From: an uncultured virus (IMG/VR IMGVR_UViG_3300021142_000034)
Lineage: Duplodnaviria > Heunggongvirae > Uroviricota > Caudoviricetes
Virus record (IMG/VR): IMGVR_UViG_3300021142_000034
Direction: 5' to 3' (one strand)
Length of the DNA stretch: 64,000 bases
Shown: positions 17,782 through 25,308 of the stretch, in pieces
Layout: every line of letters starts with the position of its first letter
Numbering within the stretch: position 1 is the stretch's first letter
The notes under the pieces: generated by a model
Told to the model about the DNA's origin: nothing
Seen by the model: only the letters and a program-made list of their open reading frames with translations
The model's database searches: none
Translations under genes and position numbers: made by a program

Positions 17782-18092
17782 GTATTTTTACTCCGTAATG
17801 CGGCTTCAATTTGGTCAAACAGTTTGCGGGTGTAGCCCTTGATGGGCGCATCCCCATACGGCCCAACGATTTCTTTTATTTCCTCATCCGTCAGCCCAAT
17901 CCATTGCCGCTGTGATGCGTTATGCGTGTCATGCGCTGTCTGATCCATCATTACCGTTCTGGCAAGCGCTTCACAGGTCTGGCATTTATGTTCTGACTGG
18001 ATTGCGGCAATCAATTTCTCAAGCGCCTCGGCAGTGAATGAATAAATGTTTAGGCTGTTGCGAGTTGCTTTGATGATGTCTTCGGATTTCAT
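17778..18092 (-). CDS. Hypothetical protein with WIGLTDEE module
   Basis: Start 18092 after AAGGAG; CQTCEALARTVMMDQ...IEAALRSKNT. Confidence 0.7.
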   Translation of the reverse strand: MKSEDIIKATRNSLNIYSFTAEALEKLIAAIQSEHKCQTCEALARTVMMDQTAHDTHNASQRQWIGLTDEEIKEIVGPYGDAPIKGYTRKLFDQIEAALRSKNT

Positions 18093-18190
18093 GTGTTCTC
18101 CTTGTTGGCTTTGTAGTGGCAAAGGCCAGTGCTACAGACAAACTCTTGTGGTTGTGGGGTGGTGTAGAGGGGCATTTCGTCTTTAGTCAT
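18089..18190 (-). CDS. 33-aa micro-gene built from shared modules
   Basis: MTKDEMPLYTTPQPQEFVCSTGLCHYKANKENT; SD and ATGA overlaps. Confidence 0.55.
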   Translation of the reverse strand: MTKDEMPLYTTPQPQEFVCSTGLCHYKANKENT

Positions 18191-18279
18191 GCTGTTTCTC
18201 CTGCAAATTCTTTTAAACATTTCCGACAAACAATTAGTCCGTGCAACGCACATCGATAATTACAATGTTCGCAAATCAT
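18187..18279 (-). CDS. 30-aa Cys-rich microprotein
   Basis: MICEHCNYRCALHGLIVCRKCLKEFAGETA; ATGA overlaps on both sides. Confidence 0.5.
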   Translation of the reverse strand: MICEHCNYRCALHGLIVCRKCLKEFAGETA

Positions 18280-18512
18280 CGGTCTTCTCCATCAAAGTTT
18301 TCAATGTGTTCTTGCAGTTCAACGATGCGGGCTGTTTGGCGCTCCAGCATTGCATCTTGGTCAGCTACGATTTTCTTGTAGCCAAGCAACTCACCTTCAA
18401 GTTCATGGATGCGGTGCTTCAAGGCTCGTATGTCGCCTACTGGTGAGTGCAATAGCGGCTCAGTCGTGATGTACTTGCGCCCATTGGCATCCGTCATTAC
18501 TCGTTCAGTCAT
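18276..18512 (-). CDS. Hypothetical coiled-coil protein
   Basis: Start MTERV at 18512. Confidence 0.65.
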   Translation of the reverse strand: MTERVMTDANGRKYITTEPLLHSPVGDIRALKHRIHELEGELLGYKKIVADQDAMLERQTARIVELQEHIENFDGEDR

Positions 18513-18786
18513 TTCTTGTATCCTTAATGCCGTGTGCGGCTTCGATGGCTCTGGCAAATGCCAAATCAAACTCATGGATAAGCGGTGACTTGTTCCATTT
18601 CATGCGCTCACGGTCAAGAATTTGTGCAATCTCATAGCTTTTCAGCGGCTTACGTTGTAACCCTAATTTACAAATACCGCACATACATTCCACGGACTTT
18701 TCCAGTGCATCTGCCGCTTCAAGTAACAGCAAATGGTCGGGGCTTGTACCATCACCCAACCGTAAACGTTCAATTAAATCAGTCAT
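18505..18786 (-). CDS. Hypothetical protein
   Basis: MTDLIERLR..EAADALE..RKPL..FARAIEAAHGIK. Confidence 0.7.
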   Translation of the reverse strand: MTDLIERLRLGDGTSPDHLLLLEAADALEKSVECMCGICKLGLQRKPLKSYEIAQILDRERMKWNKSPLIHEFDLAFARAIEAAHGIKDTRND

Positions 18787-18935
18787 TTCTCTGTCTCCAC
18801 TTGAGGAAAGGTTGAGGATAAAAAGCGAAAAGCAGTGTCGCCGTCCTTAAGTAGCACAGTGATTGTTGCGGCTTGCAAGTCACTGCCGTAGATTAGCATC
18901 AGTGCTTCCATCATTCTTTGGGTTTCGTTGTTCAT
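18783..18935 (-). CDS. 50-aa hypothetical protein
   Basis: AAGGAG SD; MNNETQRMMEALMLIYG...; ATGA overlap. Confidence 0.6.
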   Translation of the reverse strand: MNNETQRMMEALMLIYGSDLQAATITVLLKDGDTAFRFLSSTFPQVETEK

Positions 18936-18938
18936 GTC

Positions 18939-19598
18939 TTACTCCTTGAGTTGATAGTCTTTAAAAACAGTTCCTTTACTTGCATCTCCCTTCCAGCACT
19001 CACTCACCCAGCCACGTTTGCCGGACTTGTATGTTCGCCAGTGACCACGCACTTGATGCCTGCGCGGGGTTGCATGTGTACCACCCTGCAAATCGTTCTT
19101 TTGCTTTGGTGGCTCAATTACTACGGTGTGCCAGTCAAATGTCAATGCCGACTTGCCTTTGGATTGCCGCTTCTGGTTGATGAAGGTTCGCTGTGGTGTT
19201 GGCCTGTACCCCTCGGTTTTCATGGCAAGTTTAGTCACTACAGCAAGCACCATGCGATGCGCTGGCTTGATGTCTTCCAAAGTTATTTCTTTGCCTTTTC
19301 GATAAATCTTGAACACATCACCATCTAATATGTATGCGTATGGTGGGAAATATTTTCCACCATGCCACATTGAACAACCGCCAACAGTAACAGAGCCATC
19401 ACCCTGCAAAAGCCACAACGCAAAATCTTTACCCCCAGTGTCAAGACCAACAATGCCTGTTCGTTTTGATGGCAGGTGCATTAGAAACTCAGCAGGCACT
19501 TTCATGTTTTGTGCGTACTCCATTTGCCCAACATCAAACCATAAAGCGGTTTCTGGTTCTGGCGCAAACTTGACGGCTTTGCAAACCAAAGGAGTCAT
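18939..19598 (-). CDS. Hypothetical protein with basic His-rich C-terminal motif
   Basis: GGTHATPRRHQVRGHWRTYKSGKRGWV...KGD; 219 aa. Confidence 0.8.
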   Translation of the reverse strand: MTPLVCKAVKFAPEPETALWFDVGQMEYAQNMKVPAEFLMHLPSKRTGIVGLDTGGKDFALWLLQGDGSVTVGGCSMWHGGKYFPPYAYILDGDVFKIYRKGKEITLEDIKPAHRMVLAVVTKLAMKTEGYRPTPQRTFINQKRQSKGKSALTFDWHTVVIEPPKQKNDLQGGTHATPRRHQVRGHWRTYKSGKRGWVSECWKGDASKGTVFKDYQLKE

Positions 19599-20773
19599 GT
19601 GTTTTTACTCCTTAATTTGGCTTCAATGGCTTCCAATGTTGATGCGGCAATGCGAGTAAAACCAACGGGCGTGTTTGGATACCAATGCAACACCCACACA
19701 CTATCTTCTGCAACAGCCTTGTGCCATTCTTCTTCCGAGATGAAATCATCAACGTCATAAAATTGTTCAACGGTTTCGTAGACATCACGGTGTTCGTTGT
19801 GGCTTAGGTGCAAGCCGCACTTGTGTTCTGGTAACCAATCAAGCCAAACCAATTGCCGCTGTGGTGTGGGTGGGGTGGTGTAGAGGTCGGTTCCAATTGG
19901 CAAGTGTTGGTACTCAGTATAGAGCGCAACGCGCTTGCCAGACGGTGTGTAACAAGGAACGATTTTCGCCACCGGCTCCTGCTTGGGCATCTCCATCAAA
20001 CGCTCATCAGACAAGCCTACCCACCCACGCTTTTTAGCGGCCTCATACGCTTCCATACCTCGCTCTCCAATACCTATATTGGTTTGCGTTAAGGTCACCT
20101 GATTCGGCTGTGCTGCGGGTGGGGTGGCTTTGACAGGTGTTACCCACATTGATGCAACATTCCCCGACGATGGGTCTTGGTCATACACCCAAGGCAGTTC
20201 CGCATCTCGGACATTTGGAATGGCGTGTCGAGGGGGTGTTGGCTTGTAGATTTTGAATGCCACAGGCTCATCCTTCGCTTCTTGCTGTGCTGCAACTGGC
20301 CCGGCTTTCTCCAGCGGCCCAATATCTTTCTCGTACTTGGCAATCCACATTTCACTGCGGCGCTTTTCCTTCTCATACATATCTTTCCAGTCGATCTCCT
20401 GCACAGGTGCTGCGGGATGGGAATCGAACCCACCACACTCTGCTTTCGCAGGCTCTACCTTTGGAGCTACCGCAGCGTTTAAATACACGGGGATGTTGCA
20501 GTCGTCGTCTTGCTTTGTGCCGTAGGCAGTCCAGCATTTGCCACGTTGCAACGCCTCAAGACCTTCGGGATACAGCCACGCCACAGGCTCACCCTGCTCC
20601 TGCTTTTCAGCCTGCTCTATGGCGGTGCGGAGGGCGGTGATTGCATCCATTGATTCTTTAATCTCAGGATTTTGATTAAGCGGGGGCATCATCACATCAT
20701 TTTTATTACGCACTCCATACCATTTAACAATTTCTTCCAACGCCTCTAATGCTTGTTTCATTGCTTTAATCAT
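19595..20773 (-). CDS. Mosaic hypothetical protein with repeated EPVA modules
   Basis: Start MIKAMKQALEAL at 20773; EPVAW, EPVAF, EPVAK, LYTTPP, IEAKLRSKNT. Confidence 0.75.
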   Translation of the reverse strand: MIKAMKQALEALEEIVKWYGVRNKNDVMMPPLNQNPEIKESMDAITALRTAIEQAEKQEQGEPVAWLYPEGLEALQRGKCWTAYGTKQDDDCNIPVYLNAAVAPKVEPAKAECGGFDSHPAAPVQEIDWKDMYEKEKRRSEMWIAKYEKDIGPLEKAGPVAAQQEAKDEPVAFKIYKPTPPRHAIPNVRDAELPWVYDQDPSSGNVASMWVTPVKATPPAAQPNQVTLTQTNIGIGERGMEAYEAAKKRGWVGLSDERLMEMPKQEPVAKIVPCYTPSGKRVALYTEYQHLPIGTDLYTTPPTPQRQLVWLDWLPEHKCGLHLSHNEHRDVYETVEQFYDVDDFISEEEWHKAVAEDSVWVLHWYPNTPVGFTRIAASTLEAIEAKLRSKNT

Positions 20774-21029
20774 GTCGTTTTTCACCCACTTTATCGACAT
20801 GTTCTGTGGATGTGTCGTTGCCATCGACATGTCCAAAATGTTCTTTAATTAATTTTGCAGGTTCATGTGGTTCATAAAAACCTGTATTTGGCTCGGCTCT
20901 TTTGTCAAACACATCACATATTTCTAACACAATCAACTCGGCGAACTTTTCCAGTTTTGTTGGTAGTCCTTCGGGGTTATAGGTAGGCAACCCTGCTTTT
21001 GTGGCAAGTTCTTTAATTCGTTCGTTCAT
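20766..21029 (-). CDS. Hypothetical protein (MNERIKELA family)
   Basis: LEKFAELIV...IKEHFG; shares GFYEPHEPA with 11213-11500. Confidence 0.7.
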   Translation of the reverse strand: MNERIKELATKAGLPTYNPEGLPTKLEKFAELIVLEICDVFDKRAEPNTGFYEPHEPAKLIKEHFGHVDGNDTSTEHVDKVGEKRHD

Positions 21030-21115
21030 AACGGCGCATCCTCATAATTCTCAGGGTTAAAAGGCAAGCGATCTAACGGCTCGGTAGGTGGGTTGGTAGG
21101 AAAAGGCCAGGTCAT
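21026..21115 (-). CDS. 29-aa Pro-rich microprotein
   Basis: MTWPFPTNPPTEPLDRLPFNPENYEDAPL; ATGA overlaps on both sides. Confidence 0.55.
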   Translation of the reverse strand: MTWPFPTNPPTEPLDRLPFNPENYEDAPL

Positions 21116-21462
21116 TTCATTGCCTTTCCAATTTCAGCCGCCGCTCTAACGATGGCTTTGCGGGTGGCATCGTATGGGTCATCGCCTTTAATTTCCCCTG
21201 TCGTAACAGTTTGCTCTGGGTTGTCCACTATTACGTTAGCCAATGGAATGCCTTCTGCGTGTGTCCATGAGTGAGCAATAGAAAGATTCAACTTCACAAC
21301 AAGCCGTAGCGCGTGATAGTCGTTGTTCAATGGGTCCCAGCGTACAAATGACAGCCAGCCTCCCCCCTCGTGTGGAATAAACCACCCTTTGTCTACTTCG
21401 TGCCATTTACCCTTAATGCCAGCCGCTTTGGCGGCGCATCTCAACAGTTCTTCTTCAGTCAT
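21112..21462 (-). CDS. Hypothetical phage protein
   Basis: LLRCAAKAAG..WDPLNNDYHALRLVVKL..ATRKAIVRAAAEIG. Confidence 0.75.
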   Translation of the reverse strand: MTEEELLRCAAKAAGIKGKWHEVDKGWFIPHEGGGWLSFVRWDPLNNDYHALRLVVKLNLSIAHSWTHAEGIPLANVIVDNPEQTVTTGEIKGDDPYDATRKAIVRAAAEIGKAMK

Positions 21463-21746
21463 TTCTTACTCCTTGCTTGTCTACATGCTTGCTTTACATC
21501 TGCCGCTATATCGGGACTGAATTCCACCATCGAACAATCTGCCTGCTTTGCCAGCGTCATGGTCGGATACATCCAGGCCATCATCAAAACAAAAGCAAGA
21601 ACCATTACGGCTACACAAACCCACACCAAAAGGCTCAGGAAGCCGTCAAATCCGCTCTCGTGAGGGTAGAACCACTGTGCGCTCTCAGCCGTCCTTGGAA
21701 ACGCCTCATCCGTCGTTCTAGGGTGCCTTCTCGTTGTCTCGCTCAT
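21459..21746 (-). CDS. Hypothetical membrane protein
   Basis: TTRRHPRT..EAF, one TM helix, DCSMVEFSPD..VKQACR. Confidence 0.7.
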   Translation of the reverse strand: MSETTRRHPRTTDEAFPRTAESAQWFYPHESGFDGFLSLLVWVCVAVMVLAFVLMMAWMYPTMTLAKQADCSMVEFSPDIAADVKQACRQARSKK

Positions 21747-21879
21747 CTCTGTCTCCTTTCAAGTGCGCCAGCAGCTGCGCCAGCAAAAGTGAATCTCCCT
21801 GATGTCTCATGTACAGCTCTATCTCTCTCACAATAAAGTTACATCCTGACTCAAATCCTGCTATGTATTCCAAGTCCAT
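21718..21879 (-). CDS. Hypothetical protein
   Basis: MDLEYIAGFESG...; first ORF after the 21925 promoter. Confidence 0.55.
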   Translation of the reverse strand: MDLEYIAGFESGCNFIVREIELYMRHQGDSLLLAQLLAHLKGDRDERDNEKAP

Positions 21880-21897
21880 ATCATGCCCTTCGGTTAA

Positions 21898-21925
21898 ATT
21901 ATACAATACATTGTTCCGGTGTCAA
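21898..21925 (-). promoter_or_regulatory. Sigma70-type promoter
   Basis: TTGACA-16 nt-TATAAT. Confidence 0.75.
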
Positions 21926-21955
21926 CTCATCTGTTGTATGGTATTTAAAAATAAA

Positions 21956-22468
21956 TCAGCGCCAGTCGGTTTGATCCCAATTTCCCTTGCCGTGGTTGCA
22001 GTCATGACAAAGAATCTGCAGGTTGTTTATGTCCAAAGCAAGCGATGGAAAAGTCTTTCGTGGCTTGATGTGGTCAACATTCATCACGGCGCCGTCTTTG
22101 GGCGTAGCACCACAGCACATGCACTTCGGTCCATATTTTTTTAGCGCTTGCATACGTAGTTTTCTCCATTCATAGGTAGACAAAAAATCCGTAGTCGTTA
22201 CATCAATACCAGCTATCGTTATTGGTTTTGCTCTCTTACTCTGGTCTGCTCTACGAATTTGTCTATCCAGCAGTCTCTCTTTTCTCTTTTGATTCCTGCT
22301 TTTTTTGACAGGAACTGGATGTATTTTTTCCATGCGCTTCTTGCGCTTCGCTTCTTCAGCAATCTTCTCTTTGGTTATGCGTGCATCAGCTCGAATCTTC
22401 GAGATAAAGTCTTGCCTCTGTTTTGGCGTTGCATTTTTCCAGGCTTCTGAAGTGTATAAATCATCCAT
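21956..22468 (-). CDS. HNH endonuclease with Arg/Lys-rich N-terminal region
   Basis: EWRKLR, CMCCG, VDHIKP, NLQILCHDCNHGK. Confidence 0.9.
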   Translation of the reverse strand: MDDLYTSEAWKNATPKQRQDFISKIRADARITKEKIAEEAKRKKRMEKIHPVPVKKSRNQKRKERLLDRQIRRADQSKRAKPITIAGIDVTTTDFLSTYEWRKLRMQALKKYGPKCMCCGATPKDGAVMNVDHIKPRKTFPSLALDINNLQILCHDCNHGKGNWDQTDWR

Positions 22469-22479
22469 ATATGAGTCCG

Positions 22480-22960
22480 AGGGAGCGAGTAGTTTTTATC
22501 TGGCAAAGTTTTGCCTAAGGGGACGAATCCCCTTAAAGCACTTACCTGAGTCGTCGGTCGCTCGTGAGCCACCACTCTGGGGAGATGTAAAGTTGTTCGC
22601 CATCTCCTATCCGCCAGACTTATCCGCTCAACATGCGGCGTTCTCTAACAACGTGTCCGGTGGGCAGCCCTATCGTCGCCACCGTGTACCGTTACATTGA
22701 AGAACGGATTGGTATAGCTATTTTCAAAGCCACGCTTTCCCTACGCGCCCGGTCTGAGATGCTTCTGTCCGGGATACGTCACAAGCCAGAACTGTTGTGA
22801 TCCTGCTCGCCCGGTACTACCCTTTCGCTGCCGCCTTGACGCTTCACAACTACTCGGTTCCTGCCGTTTGTATGAGATCTTTCCCGATAATACTCTTGCA
22901 ACGGCTGGGCGTGAAAGACCGGGTACGTCTCCGGCACGGGCTTTCACCGTCGTCATGCAT
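22480..22960 (-). ncRNA. Candidate large structured ncRNA / leader
   Basis: About ten consecutive inverted repeats including a TTCG-loop hairpin; no credible ORF. Confidence 0.45.
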
Positions 22961-22967
22961 AAGGGCA

Positions 22968-23085
22968 CAAAAAAAGCCCTTAATGAAACCCCGGTGAGAG
23001 AACCCAAGTTTTGTGAACTCAGGCTACCCCATACGGGGTCGGGATTTCATTAAGGACTCTAATTGCTGCGGCTCTCACACCTAGC
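22968..23085 (-). ncRNA. C4/CI-like antisense RNA-type element ending in a U tract
   Basis: Long closing stem CCTTAATGAAA/TTTCATTAAGG with internal hairpins; CTCTCAC complementary to upstream GTGAGAG; followed by T7. Confidence 0.5.
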
Positions 23086-23092
23086 TGGGCGA

Positions 23093-23123
23093 ATTATAAA
23101 CACACTATTTCACCGTGTGTCAA
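23093..23123 (-). promoter_or_regulatory. Putative promoter with palindromic spacer
   Basis: TTGACA-19 nt-TATAAT (long spacer); ACACAC...GTGTGT inverted repeat within. Confidence 0.55.
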
Positions 23124-23169
23124 GTAGGGCTATAAATATCTTCAAAAACGACACGGTGTAGCTTTTGGG

Positions 23170-23390
23170 TTGTTGGTGGCCCTAAGCGGCTCCGGGCGCT
23201 GGTACATCCTAACGGGCAAGCTCTCTTACCGTGCCTAAGCACCTTGCTTTCACCAACAAGTCTGAAGACTGTTGCGGTTGCGATCCGCGCGGAGCATCGG
23301 GATTAAGGTTGCTTATCGTGTTGTGCGCACAAGGGACGACATAGACTTCCACTGACCGACTTCATACCCGCCAATCTTCAGACTCGTTGG
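23170..23390 (-). ncRNA. Candidate two-domain structured RNA
   Basis: Long-range stems 23253-23271 with 23372-23390, and 23170-23178 with 23251-23259. Confidence 0.5.
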
Positions 23391-23399
23391 CTCTCACGG

Positions 23400-23427
23400 A
23401 AAAAAGTGGCCCCAACTAAGGAGCCAC
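23400..23427 (-). terminator. Rho-independent terminator
   Basis: GTGGCTCC-TTAGTTG-GGGCCAC style GC stem followed by TTTTTT. Confidence 0.75.
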
Positions 23428-23471
23428 CAAGTTCCCATTCCCGGAGAACAACCATGAAAGACAGCTGCATT

Positions 23472-23759
23472 TTAATCACATCTTTTTAGCAATTCAAGCG
23501 CCTCTTCAATATTATTTACCACCGCCAGCATTCCGCCACTCCACTCATCAAAGAACTTCTGCTCCGCCACCGTCAGCTTCCTGGCACTGGGCTTTTTACT
23601 CCCGTCCTTCACTTCCATCAAGATCGTCACGCCCTTGTACCCGACCAACAAATCAGGCACTCCATCGCCCATCGTCACAATTCTCACGTATGCACCTACT
23701 TTTCGTAGGGCTTCTACGATGCTGGTTTGGTTAACGTCAGTTCTATTTGCATATCTCAT
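23472..23759 (-). CDS. VRR-NUC-like PD-(D/E)xK nuclease / resolvase, paralogue 2
   Basis: MRYANRTDVNQTSIVEALRKVGAYV..GVPDLLVG..LMEVKDG. Confidence 0.78.
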   Translation of the reverse strand: MRYANRTDVNQTSIVEALRKVGAYVRIVTMGDGVPDLLVGYKGVTILMEVKDGSKKPSARKLTVAEQKFFDEWSGGMLAVVNNIEEALELLKRCD

Positions 23760-23778
23760 CTGAATACTTTCGTGGGGT

Positions 23779-23802
23779 GGCACCATAAACGTTTATGGTG
23801 CC
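23779..23802. promoter_or_regulatory. 24-bp perfect palindrome, copy 2 (candidate operator)
   Basis: GGCACCATAAACGTTTATGGTGCC in a divergent intergenic region. Confidence 0.65.
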
Positions 23803-23858
23803 TAAAAATTAGGCAACTAATTCTTTTGCAATAGTTTGTTCCTGTGTGAATATAACTG

Positions 23859-23887
23859 TTGACATGACTAAAAACAACCTATATTAT
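23859..23887 (+). promoter_or_regulatory. Sigma70-type promoter of the recombination operon
   Basis: TTGACA-17 nt-TATTAT. Confidence 0.75.
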
Positions 23888-23916
23888 CTACTTCCCAACA
23901 ACATATTTAAGGAACC

Positions 23917-24204
23917 ATGATGGACATAGAGATTTCTATACGGGATTACTTTGCGGCGCACTGCCCTGAGTCTGAATTGCCCAACTCAATTACTGAGGGG
24001 GACATTATGAGAGAGCTGAACATCCCTGATCAAAACGGTCAGCGGCTGGACCGTGAATTTCGCCGTCAGGCTACTGTGATCTTGCGCTGCCGTGCTCGCT
24101 ATGAGTATGCGGACAGGATGATTGAAGCGAGTTTGTACAACACCGACTTTGAGACTGAGGAGTCCAAAGCAGCTATGGAAAAACTGGAGAGTAAAGATGA
24201 GTAA
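23917..24204 (+). CDS. Hypothetical protein, RDYFAA family
   Basis: ISIRDYFAAH...RYEYADRMI. Confidence 0.7.
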   Translation: MMDIEISIRDYFAAHCPESELPNSITEGDIMRELNIPDQNGQRLDREFRRQATVILRCRARYEYADRMIEASLYNTDFETEESKAAMEKLESKDE

Positions 24205-24409
24205 GAACACTAACATTCCGGCATTTCCACTACATAACCACGGAGCGCAAACGCTTGGATTGCATGTTACGAGCATGGATTTGCGGGATTACTTTGCGGC
24301 TAAAGCGTTGCAAGGAATCATGGTCGACCGAAATATGAGTATAGGCGCAGACAAGATTGCAAAATGGGCATACATGCAAGCAGACGCTATGTTGGAGGCA
24401 CGCAAATGA
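24197..24409 (+). CDS. Hypothetical protein, RDYFAA family
   Basis: PAFP..MDLRDYFAAKALQG..AYMQADAMLEAR. Confidence 0.75.
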   Translation: MSKNTNIPAFPLHNHGAQTLGLHVTSMDLRDYFAAKALQGIMVDRNMSIGADKIAKWAYMQADAMLEARK

Positions 24410-25308
24410 AACTTACCAATAAATTCGGCTTGCCCGACACGATAGTCAATGTCTTAAAGCGTCCTACCTACTCTAAGGGTAAGGCTCATATCTCTGCTAC
24501 TGAGCTGATTAATTCCCCAAGGATTGTTCAGCTTAAGCGTTTGCATTGGGATGACATTGAAGAAGATGCTAGTTCGATGGTCTGGTCACTGTTCGGCTCT
24601 GCCGTTCACAATATCTTGGAGCACGGCAAAGATGAGCACCACATCGTTGAAGAGCGGATCCATGTTTTGTTTGAAGGCTGGAACATTTCTGGGGCGGTAG
24701 ACCTGCAAGAAGTCTACGAAGACGGCATTGTGATCAACGACTACAAAACCACAACAGCTTGGGCTGTCACTAACGACAAGCCAGAATGGGAAGAGCAGCT
24801 CAACATTTATTCTTGGCTGATTCAAAAGGCTAAGAAGGTTCCCGTCAAGCAGCTGCGTATCGTAGCGATTATCCGCGATTGGAGCGCCCGTGACGCCGTT
24901 AATCGGGAAGGGTACCCACAAGCACCCATTGTGATCATTGACCAGCCTCTATGGCCGTTTAAACAAGCCGAGGACTTTATCCTGAACCGGCTGCAGCTTC
25001 ACGGCGAGGCTTACTTTGAGTCGGAGACAGACGGCAAGGTTGCTGAATGTACCCCTGAAGAGATGTGGGAAAAACCCACCAGTTACGCAGTAATCAAGAT
25101 TGGAGGTAAACGGGCTAAGAGCCTACATGAAACGATGGAAGACGCACAGCACGCCCTAAACCAAGTTAAGGGCTATGAGATTCAAGTTCGCCCAGGCGAG
25201 AGAACCCGCTGCGCAAGCTACTGTCAAGTCAACCGCTTCTGTACCCAGTACCAGAAGTATTTATCAGAGAACTCACAAACCATAGAAATCGTAGAGGACA
25301 AAGAATGA
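24406..25308 (+). CDS. PD-(D/E)xK (Cas4/RecB-like) exonuclease
   Basis: ISATEL, GSAVH, SGAVD..INDYKT, QLNIY, C-terminal C..YC....C. Confidence 0.85.
   Translation: MKLTNKFGLPDTIVNVLKRPTYSKGKAHISATELINSPRIVQLKRLHWDDIEEDASSMVWSLFGSAVHNILEHGKDEHHIVEERIHVLFEGWNISGAVDLQEVYEDGIVINDYKTTTAWAVTNDKPEWEEQLNIYSWLIQKAKKVPVKQLRIVAIIRDWSARDAVNREGYPQAPIVIIDQPLWPFKQAEDFILNRLQLHGEAYFESETDGKVAECTPEEMWEKPTSYAVIKIGGKRAKSLHETMEDAQHALNQVKGYEIQVRPGERTRCASYCQVNRFCTQYQKYLSENSQTIEIVEDKE

Noticed and set aside
15195..21746. Diversity-generating retroelement
   Set aside because: No reverse transcriptase, and the repeats are short rather than a long template/variable pair with adenine-specific changes
21956..22468. IscB/Cas9-like identity for the HNH
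   Set aside because: Only 170 aa, with no PLMP or split RuvC motifs visible
22741..23053. ORFs of 61-88 aa in the structured region
   Set aside because: No SD, atypical composition, and they cross the stem-loops and U tract
23130..23400. tRNA genes
   Set aside because: No TTC-containing T-loop with cloverleaf spacing on either strand
24406..25308. Cas4-like nuclease as evidence of CRISPR-Cas
   Set aside because: It sits with ERF and SSB-like genes in a normal phage recombination module
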